Origin: Eledone cirrhosa
Lineage: Eukaryota
Length of the DNA stretch: 64,000 nt
Reading direction: 5' to 3'
Assembly (NCBI GenBank): GCA_964016885.1
Contig: OZ024740.1
Coordinates: 236,654,001 to 236,718,000 of the forward strand
In this document: piece by piece, positions 54,312 through 64,000 of the stretch
Layout of the letters: every line of letters begins with the position of its first letter
How positions within the stretch are numbered: the first letter of the stretch is position 1
Translations under genes and position numbers: made by a program
Notes under the pieces: model-generated
What the model saw: only the letters and a program-made list of their open reading frames with translations
The model's database searches: none
Told to the model about the DNA's origin: nothing

Positions 54312-55093
54312 GTATTAATTTCAACAATGTCAGTATTCCGTGTGTCGTAATTCTCGATTATCATTGGTTGATAGGTTTCAAACGACTCTGCCCACATCAA
54401 CGATGCCAAACTTAAATTAATACGCATAATGCCAATGAGGGAGTGAGAGGGGAGAGTAAGAAACAGAGAGGCAAAGTGAACGCTGTGTTGGATACACTAT
54501 GTATATGTGTCACTGTAGAGACATGTGTGTGTGTGATGTGTGTGGAAATAAGAGGGGAAGGAAAGCAATAACTATTAGCGTGTGTATGTACGTGCGCGTA
54601 TGTTTATGTGTATGTGCGTGCGTGCAGCGTTCCACAGAAAGTAAAAACTATCAACATGTGTGAGTGTGTGCGTGTGTGTAAGTGCACGGGTGCGTGTGTA
54701 AGTTTGCATGCGTCGCTTCTGTTTGCGATGGTAATAAAACCTCATCATATGCTGAGTCTGGCAAAAAGGTTGGATCCTATGGCCGGCCAGGGCAAGAGTA
54801 ATATTGAAAAACGATTCTATTTTCGAAGTAAAAGGATCCGCCATTTGGAGTTCAATCCAGGCCGCCTCCCCGAGTTGAACTGTGGGCAATATTGACTGTC
54901 TATTACTCAGTGGCTAAGAGCCTGGAAATTACTGAATAAATTTTTGTGTCATATAATTTGTTGTTTTATTATTATAGCTGACCACTTATAGATAAGCATG
55001 TTATCCATATCCATATTAATTTGGCATTTGTATAAACCATTTCAAGTAAATAGGGACCTTTTTTACATTGACGGACATCTTTTATTTTAATTA

Positions 55094-55413
55094 TCTATAT
55101 CTACATATAATATAAAAGATTGGAACTTCCATCATCTTTCTGAGAAACGTGGAACAACCACGTCTATGCAATGATACACGTTTTACAGTCAGGCAGAAGA
55201 TGAACCATCTCCTAGAGGTCACTATTCTAGGTGGGAGCACCTAGAATTGTTCATATACTATGCACAAACGGTACAACGAAGAATCTGGTATATCTGGAAG
55301 ATTTTTTTTTGCCTCATACTGTAACCAGACAAACATCCAATAAAGTAATTTTCTCTTTTACCTGTCTTTTCTTATCATCTGTTTACCCGAGCGAAGCTGG
55401 GTACGTCAGCTAG
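55094..55413 (+). mobile_element. Short non-autonomous Helitron-like element
   Basis: A|TCTAT start (less certain); 3' hairpin TACCCGAGC-GAA-GCTGGGTA followed by CTAG|T. Confidence 0.65.
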
Positions 55414-55440
55414 TATATATATATATATATATATATATAT

Positions 55441-55680
55441 CTAGGGCGGGTAAAATCCCGAGATCCATGGACGAGTTCTCTCCAGCGGTCTCTGCCCCTC
55501 ATTATCGCTGCCATGTCTTGCGTCTCTAACAGACGAGTCTCTGTCCTTAGGGCATCAACATACGTTAACCTTGGTCTTCCACTTCCAGTGTGTCCATGTA
55601 GGGGCTCCCACTTGGACACTGACCAAGAAACTCACTCAGATGGTGGATGGGTGCTACACGAGAATGCTGAGGATGGCGCG
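55441..55680 (-). mobile_element. RTE-like LINE 3' end with 5' inversion
   Basis: Minus: WEPLHG...GRPRLTYVD...DRWR. Plus, abutting it: TWTLTKK...DGCYTRMLRMA. Confidence 0.7.
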
Positions 55681-56085
55681 TATGTATAGAGCTTTTTGGT
55701 TTTTGTATTTTTGTGTTTGTATGTATGTGTGTTTATATGTGTGTGTACACCCCCTTTTTTATATGTGTGCGTGTGTATTTGTGTGTACATATTTGAGTGC
55801 ATATATATCTGTGTATATGTATGTGGATGTATTTATGTTCCTGTTCGTATTTCTATGTAGACGCAAATACGCTTATGTGAGAAAGTATACGTCTACGTAC
55901 TATTACGTATATGCGCGTAGTTGAGTGTGTATGTTTATGTTCTGGATATTCATTTTTTTTAAATATATTTTTTATACCCCCCCCCCCCCCCCAATTTCCT
56001 TTTTGCCCGTTTTTTTCAGCCGCACTTTCATATTTCCTAAATTTTGTTTTCAAATCCATATTTAATAAAAACACCATATTATTTA

Positions 56086-56146
56086 TTCATTCTGACGACT
56101 GAAGACAGAGACAACATCTGCCTTCAAGAAACCACTGGTAAATGAA
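56086..56146 (+). ncRNA. Type-I hammerhead ribozyme motif
   Basis: TTCATT-CTGACGA-stem II-GAAA-CCA c TGG-TA-AATGAA (GUA cut site after 56140). Confidence 0.75.
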
Positions 56147-56331
56147 ATACTTATCTTATGTTGTTTATTACATAACTAAATATATATATATATTCCAACG
56201 TCGAAGAGAAAAGAATTATAATACATACTAAACCTGTTTGGTTGTTTTATATATATATATATATATATATAAATATAAATAAATATAAATTCAGCGAAAA
56301 TCTCATTTCGGCGGGTAGAAAAAGCGAAACG

Positions 56332-56367
<36 letters not shown>

Positions 56368-56418
56368 CAATATCGGAGAAAGCTTTTTAGCGATACTCCG
56401 GCCAAATTCCAACTCACT

Positions 56419-56585
<167 letters not shown>

Positions 56586-56628
56586 CAATATTAAATAAAT
56601 GGAAAACTATATTTATAAAACCATATTT

Positions 56629-56692
56629 ATTTCATTATATATATTTCGGGGATATCATATTAACAATATGCTATGCCTTCATCAGACAAAAT
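56629..56692 (-). ncRNA. Type-I hammerhead motif (inverted-arm copy)
   Basis: Reverse complement of 59751-59814. Confidence 0.7.
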
Positions 56693-57312
56693 ACAATATA
56701 AACAGTTTTATAGATAAATAGATTCGACATACCGTAATAACACCGACTTCATTTGAAGAGGTTTACGCTGGCAGTGAAAAAATTTTATACAGAGAGAAAG
56801 AAAGAGAGAAAAAAAAAAAAGAAAGAAAGACAAAACGAAGAAAAGGAAGAAAAAGAAGAAAAAGAAAAGGAAGAAATGCATGGAACAAAATAGAGAGATG
56901 GAAAGATAGATAAAGCGAAGAACTTCATGTAAAGAAACAGAAAGAGACATATATATATAGAGAGAGAGGAAATAGAGATAGATACATATATATATAGAAA
57001 ATTAGGTAGTGGGAGGTCATTTTGAGTAAATGTATCAATGATACATTTATTTATTTATTTATTTATTTAGCTCAGGGAGATATATAGAGAGAAAAAAATA
57101 TATAGAGAGAGGAAAAAATAGCGAGAGAAAAAAAATTTAAAAATAGCCAGACATATTCGAGGCGCAAAAACCCTATGTTTTAATGTATTAGTATTTATAA
57201 AACTTACACTATATTTAACCTTAAAATAGAAATTGAGAACAACCATAGAATAGTCAATTTCCTAGATATAACATTAAATCTCAACACATGTCTCCACTAT
57301 CCTTTTCACAAG

Positions 57313-58299
57313 TTGAATGAAAACTTAAACTACGTCAACTTTAACTCTAACCACCCCAGATCTGTCAAAAACACTATAGTAAACTCAGTCCAAAAACGTA
57401 TCTCTAGGATCTCGTCGAATAGAAAGATTTTCGACGAAAAGGCCCAATACTATAATGAAGCACTAGCTAGGGCAGGATATGCTGATAAGATTGTGTACAT
57501 AGATAATGATAGACAAACTAAACAAAGTAACAACTTTTTTAATTACGGCAACAACATTAACAACTATAATAGAAAGCATTACAATAATTCCAAAGGACAA
57601 AAAAGAAATAGAACTAGGAACATAATTTGGTTTGCCCCCCCCCCCCCCCCCCCTTTCTCACTAAACATTAAAACCCACATCGCTAAATTATTTTTCAAAG
57701 CTCTTGATAATCGCTTCCCTAGAACACATAGGTATCACTCAATTTTCAATAGGCATACAATTAAATTAACCTACTCATCCACCAAAAATTTAGCACAAAA
57801 TATTAATAGAATAAATAATAGGAACTTAAAACCTACTGATAATAGCATAAATAATATACAAGTTAACAAATGTAACTGTAGAGATAGATCTAAATGTCCG
57901 TTAAATAACAACTGCTTAGTTAAAAATATAGTATACAATTGTAATGTTAATACTGACTCTAATTCTTTTAACTACGTCGGTTCCACATCGACGGAATTTA
58001 AACTTCGCTATAATAACCACAAGAATTCTTTCACAGATCCAAGTAAAAAATCTTCAACGGCACTATCAGGCGTACTCTGGCAACTTAAGCTAGATAACGT
58101 TAGATATTCGACGGCTTGGAATATAGTCTCAAGAGGGATTCCTTTTAATTCATCCTCTGAGACATGTGACCTCTGCGCAGAGGAGATATTCTTTATACTA
58201 AAATCTAAAAATTCCCTTAACCTACGGACAAATTTATTCAGTTGTTGCAAACATAGATTAAACTCAACGTTTAAATATAAATTTAAATTTAAAATGTAG
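57313..58299 (+). CDS. Penelope-like RT thumb, linker and GIY-YIG endonuclease (open, 5'-truncated)
   Basis: SNHP, RNIIWF, CNCRDRSKCPLNNNC, NIVYNC...NYVGST...FKLRYNNH, CDLCAEE, LN...SCCKH. Confidence 0.85.
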   Translation: MNENLNYVNFNSNHPRSVKNTIVNSVQKRISRISSNRKIFDEKAQYYNEALARAGYADKIVYIDNDRQTKQSNNFFNYGNNINNYNRKHYNNSKGQKRNRTRNIIWFAPPPPPPFSLNIKTHIAKLFFKALDNRFPRTHRYHSIFNRHTIKLTYSSTKNLAQNINRINNRNLKPTDNSINNIQVNKCNCRDRSKCPLNNNCLVKNIVYNCNVNTDSNSFNYVGSTSTEFKLRYNNHKNSFTDPSKKSSTALSGVLWQLKLDNVRYSTAWNIVSRGIPFNSSSETCDLCAEEIFFILKSKNSLNLRTNLFSCCKHRLNSTFKYKFKFKM

Positions 58300-59750
58300 T
58301 ATATTTAGTTTGATTTATATTTATATGGGAAACTAGCCGATAAATTTTTTGATTCCTAAATCTTTGATTCCCTCTTTTTACTCTTTTTTTATTGTTTATT
58401 TTTATTTTATTTTTATCTAAACATTCCTCATGAAAAATTAAGCTACCCTAAAAGCTGATGCTCCAAATTTTTTGAATTAACCTTACACTAGATAAACTTC
58501 TATATTAAATATAAGAACATATGTAGACCTAATTGGACATCATAATCTTTTTGAAATGATCTTTGCTAGATGTGATTTGATAGATAATTTTTGGCTTTGT
58601 CTTGTAATGAACTTGGCAATATATTGTCAATTAACTTTGAAGGGTTGTTCTTTGTGGTTTATTTTTATTTTTATTTATTTTTATTTTTATTTTAATTTTT
58701 ATTTTAATTTTTATTTTTATTTTTTATTATTGTAGTATTCTATAATATTTTTTATTTTTTATTTTTAATTTTATTTTTAATATCTTTAATATGTAAATTT
58801 TTAATACGTAATATTTTTTAATACGTAGTATTTTTAATATGTAATATTTTTATTATGTAATATTCTTTCGTAATATTTTTTTAGTTTTCTATTCTATATT
58901 TTTACTTATTATTATTATTGTTATCTTTTTATTTTTAGTTTTGTTTATATTATATTATATATTTTTATTAGTATATTGAAATCTGCTCTCTATTTCTGCT
59001 TGATAGATAATCTTGTAGAGTAATGACAGGAATAATAATACGCTCAAATTTTTATACCACATTGAGAATGTTTTCCGTGAACTTAGAGTTTGCAGAGTGA
59101 ATCAGTTGGATTCGCATGGATGTTTGTAGCTGTCACATAAACATATGAATTTTTTAAAACTAAACATAAGATAATTAATTTTCACACATTATGGATACTT
59201 GTCTCATTCAGGAATACTGATATTTACAATATAGTGTAAGTTTTATAAATACTAATACATTAAAACATAGGGTTTTTGCGCCTCGAATATGTCTGGCTAT
59301 TTTTAAATTTTTTTCTCTCGCTATTTTTTCCTCTCTCTATATATTTTTTTCTCTATATATATCTCCCTGAGCTAAATAAATAAATAAATAAATAAATGTA
59401 TCATTGATACATTTACTCAAAATGACCTCCCTCTACCTAATTTTCTATATATATATGTATCTATCTCTATTTCCTCTCTCTCTATATATATATGTCTCTT
59501 TCTGTTTCTTTACATGAAGTTCTTCGCTTTATCTATCTTTCCATCTCTCTATTTTGTTCCATGCATTTCTTCCTTTTCTTTTTCTTCTTTTTCTTCCTTT
59601 TCTTCGTTTTGTCTTTCTTTCTTTTTTTTTTTTTCTCTCTTTCTTTCTCTCTGTATAAAATCTTTTCACTGCCAGCGTAAACCTCTTCAAATGAAGTCGG
59701 TGTTATTACGGTATGTCGAATCTATTTATCTATAAAACTGTTTATATTGT

Positions 59751-59814
59751 ATTTTGTCTGATGAAGGCATAGCATATTGTTAATATGATATCCCCGAAAT
59801 ATATATAATGAAAT
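59751..59814 (+). ncRNA. Type-I hammerhead ribozyme motif
   Basis: ATTTTGT-CTGATGA-stem II-GAAA-TATATA-TA-ATGAAAT. Confidence 0.72.
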
Positions 59815-59943
59815 AAATATGGTTTTATAAATATAGTTTTCCATTTATTTAATATTGTAAATATACTCCAAATATTTGTCGAGTGCTTTTATATCAGTTA
59901 TAAATATTTACTAGTTGTAACCCAACAATTTTAAATATAACTT

Positions 59944-60009
<66 letters not shown>

Positions 60010-60016
<7 letters not shown>

Positions 60017-60572
60017 GAAATATTTAAATAGACAAGATTGATACAATGCTTACAGAACGAAAGCACAAACAAATATAATATAAAGGAAAGGGAGTGGGAA
60101 AACAAAAAAAAAGAGAGAGAAAAGAAGAAAAAAGCATAAGCGGTTAGCACACACATCTAAGACCATATACAACAAAAGGCAGGCGAAAGGGATGGACAAC
60201 CGAGCCGCTACCAGAGTGAAAGATAGCAGGATCGCGAGGAGCACTGGGAAACCTCTAGAATTTTTTTAGGCAAGCCATCACGCTCACAGCGCTACTTCGG
60301 GTGATGGCCAGGCTGATGAGTTGGAACAGCCAAGCGCCCTCACGAGCTTCACCAATTACCTCTGTTAGGCGAGTCGCCAGTGAAGATAAGAATCTCGCAG
60401 TCAGTAGCCCGACTTCCCCATAGACGACTTCCCCGTCTCGAACACCACAGGCTGGAAAATGTAGTTAGCCGACAGAAGACGGTATTTTAGGATTTTGTTC
60501 CTTTCGGCTGCGGAAGCTTTGGCTTTCGCCCTCACTGCAGCATCGAGTATGTGGGAAGAAGCAAAAGAGTCA
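60010..60572 (-). mobile_element. CRE-like non-LTR 3' fragment in (TA)n
   Basis: SDSFASSHI...AERNKILKY...IFQPVVFET; related to 37110-37560. Confidence 0.75.
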
Positions 60573-60724
60573 CTATATATATATATATACATTAGAAAGA
60601 GTCGGGGCTCAACGGCTGATAATTTACTATCCCAAGTACTCTATTTAATAATGGTTTAATTAATTTAAAGCTGGTTTAATCCTGATATGTATATATATAT
60701 ATATATATTCGTTTGTGCTCTCGT

Positions 60725-60875
<151 letters not shown>

Positions 60876-60906
60876 AAATCAAAAGATGGTTAAAAGAGTT
60901 CCATGT

Positions 60907-60975
60907 ATTTTATTATGCGCATTTCAAAAATAAATATCATCATGGGATGATATTTGCGTTCTCATCAGATAAAAT
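60907..60975 (-). ncRNA. Type-I hammerhead motif (inverted arm)
   Basis: ATTTTAT-CTGATGA-stem II-GAAA-TGCGCA-TA-ATAAAAT. Confidence 0.75.
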
Positions 60976-61458
60976 TGGGAGACATGATATGAAGCTTAAA
61001 AAACACTTCATATGTTAAATCAACATATGAAAAATAAAATAAGATGGATATATGAGATTGGGAAAAAAAGAAGGAAAAGGTAAGGAAGAGGAAGAAAGAA
61101 AATAATAAGAAAAAAATATATAATAATAAGGAAAGGATGACGGGGGAGGAGTATAAGAAGGAAGGATGAGAGAGGAGCAGAAATGAGTGAGAGAGAGAGT
61201 GAGAGATAACCTTTAATACTGAGACAAACAGTCTCACAGAAAGAAATAAAAAAAAACCGTTGTAAGATAATACATAATTTAAAAAATTTTGAAATTAAAA
61301 GTTAATGAGGTTTATGAATGGTGAAGCTTATGTTTAAAGCAAAAGGAATTAAGAATACTATTTATTTAAGGTTTATATATTGAATGGTTTAATAATATGT
61401 GCGAAAAGGAATTTATTAAAATGTATTATTAAAATAAAAAATATTAAGGAGATAAGGT

Positions 61459-61677
61459 GAAGAAAGCAGCTGCTAAAAAACCTAGGCCGAAGAAATCACC
61501 CGCGAAGAAGGCTGTTAAAAAAACAACCAAAGCAAAGAAGGGTAAAAAGTAAATTAATTACTTTTTTGAAAAAAGTAATTAATTTACTTTTTACCCTTCT
61601 TTGCTTTGGTTGTTTTTTTAACAGCCTTCTTCGCGGGTGATTTCTTCGGCTTGGGTTTTTTAGCAGCTGCTTTCTTC
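61459..61677. repeat. 219-bp palindrome encoding a histone H1-like C-terminal tail
   Basis: 109-bp arms around G61568, two mismatches; KKAAAKKP(R/K)PKKSPAKKAVKKTTKAKKGKK*. Confidence 0.88.
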
Positions 61678-64000
61678 GGCTATTGGACTAGAGCTGATAC
61701 TTCCAACAATTTTGATATCACAATGGGTTCGTCGGATTCAGCGCAATTGACGGACTTGATTGGTATCTTTATTTTGAATTCTTTGAATCGGAAAATTCCT
61801 CAACTTCGCGGTGGAATTTATCGTTAATGTCTTAAACTGTAACTTAGTTAACCTTAATATTATTAAGAATAATATACTTGATCTATTTAAGCACCATAAC
61901 CTAAAAATTGAATTTGAAAACAACGTCAAACTAGCTAACTTCCTGGATATATCCCTTAATCTTGATACCGGCCTATATTACCCTTACCATAAAGACAATG
62001 AGAATCTAAATTATGTTAATTTTATATCTAACCATCCTATTAACGTTAAAAATGCTATAGTCAGAGTAATGTTGGAAAAAGAATCTCAAATCTATCCTCT
62101 AATAAAGTTATCTTTGACGCTAAAGCCAATTATTACAATAATGCGCTTTCCAGAGCCGGTTATCCTGACAAAATTAAATACAGTAAAGAAACCAATCATC
62201 GAGGGACTTATAGTAAAATAGTTAGTTATGAGCATTCCAATAACTTAAAGAAAAGACCTAGATATAAAAATATGATTTGGTACAACGCTCCTTTTTCTCT
62301 ATCTATTACTAGTAATATTCCTAAACTATTTTTTAGGGCCTTAGATAAATGCTTCCCTCCCTCGCATATTTATAGTAAGATCTTTAAAAAACATACAATT
62401 AAATTCTCTTATTCCACCACTTCCAACATCTCTAACAATATCTCTAAACATAATAATAAAATATTAAATAATAAATTATATCCATCCAGCACTGAGCGTC
62501 ATAATAATAGCAATAGTAAACCCGACGTCAATGTTAACTCTAGGCTAGATTCCATAAATTTAAATACGACGTCAAACGTAACTTTGTCGAATGTTCATAA
62601 CACCAATCTAAATCAGGAAACTTTAGCACCTATCGTAAATAACTTCTCCAATCCAATTCCTTCTATAAATAATACTAGGTCACTTGTTAATAACTCTGGT
62701 AATTTCTCTAATCGTAATTGTAATTTCCCTGTTAGAACTAAATGTCCTCTTAGTAACCAATATCTTGATAACAATTTAGTGTATGAATGTAAGGTTATAA
62801 CTGGTACTAATTCTTTTACCTATTTTGGTTCTACTTCCACTTCCTTTAAAGCAAGATTTTATAATCACAATTCGTCTTTTAAATACTAACTTAAAAGAAC
62901 TAACACGGCACTCTCAGAACTTATATGGTCCTTAAAGGACAAAAATATTAACTACAACATTTCTTGGAGGAAGGTTTGCAACGCCTCTCCTTACCGGAAT
63001 TCTTCCCTAACCAGAACATGTAATCTCTGCCTAGCCGAGAAATTTACCATTATCTCTAATTTTAATTCTATAATAAATAGACGTACGGATTTATTTTCGC
63101 TCTGCTTGCATACATCCCATAGAACTTTCCATAAAGTATACAGCTAATATCTTACTACCTAATTAGTTTAAAATCTTCTTTTCTCAAACGCCTTTATATC
63201 TTTTACAAATATACCCATCTTTCTACCTTATTTCAGTATATTATACAATTTACTCATTCTATGTCGTTAGCGGTCCCCTATTTTTCTTCTTTTTTATCCT
63301 TTTTTCTTTTTTAATTTCTGATCTTTAATCTGCAACTTTTACTTCTCAATTACTTCTTAATTCATATTATAACTCACTATAGCATTTTCCTTATATTCTC
63401 GGCCATACAAATTTTATTTTTAATATATACTAATATTACCATTAGTAAATTTTGTAAACATATATTTTTTTTGACGTTATATATTTTTTCTTCCTTGAAT
63501 TTTCTTCTCTCTTCTTTCCTTCCGTGCTCGTATTAAACCTATTATTTACTTTTTCCTATTACAATACATAGAAACAAACTTGGACCCTAACAAATTCCTC
63601 TAAGTTCATAATTCATTTAACCTTTTCTTCATTCACCTTATCTCCTTAATATTTTTTATTTTAATAATACATTTTAATAAATTCCTTTTCGCACATATTA
63701 TTAAACCATTCAATATATAAACCTTAAATAAATAGTATTCTTAATTCCCTTTTCTTTAAACATAAGCTTCACCATTCATAAACTTCATTAACTTTTAATT
63801 TCAAAATTTTTTAAAATTATGTATTATCTTACAACGGGTTTTTTAATTTCTCTCTGTGAGACAGTGTTTCTCAGTATTAAAGGTTATCTCTCTCTCTCAC
63901 TCATTTCTCCTCCTCTCTCATCCTTCCTTCTTATACTCCTCCTCCGTCATCCTTTCCTTATTTTTATATATGTTTTTCTTATTATTTTCTTTCTTCCTCT

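Noticed and set aside
61459-61552. Functional histone H1 gene
   Set aside because: Only about 30 C-terminal codons; no globular domain, start codon or canonical histone stem-loop.

Overview
Eukaryotic, AT-rich DNA dense in microsatellites and transposable elements; the SINE and repeat content suggests an octopus-like cephalopod (inference). One host gene can be assembled on the minus strand: five coding exons with GT-AG borders and compatible phases (40565-40503, 33587-33458, 16749-16599, 12812-12707, 2279-2005). It begins MNWVGGSR...QK|EYFEKKR, the N-terminus of REDIC1/C12orf40 (DUF4552), and continues past the left edge. Its introns hold RTE LINEs with a C4HC3 PHD-type finger inside the RT, two Gypsy LTR elements reduced to integrase only, CR1-like, CRE-like, mariner and Merlin remnants, tRNA-SINEs and TTAA MITEs. 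Upstream of the gene (41.5-64 kb) is a (TA)n-rich nest of Penelope-like (probably Naiad-type) RT/GIY-YIG elements. This nest carries about 12 type-I hammerhead ribozyme motifs (8 with complete cores), long inverted arms, snap-back palindromes (one encoding a histone H1-like tail) and a Helitron-like composite inserted exactly into a hammerhead stem III. Most short ORFs in the track are microsatellite or antisense artefacts.
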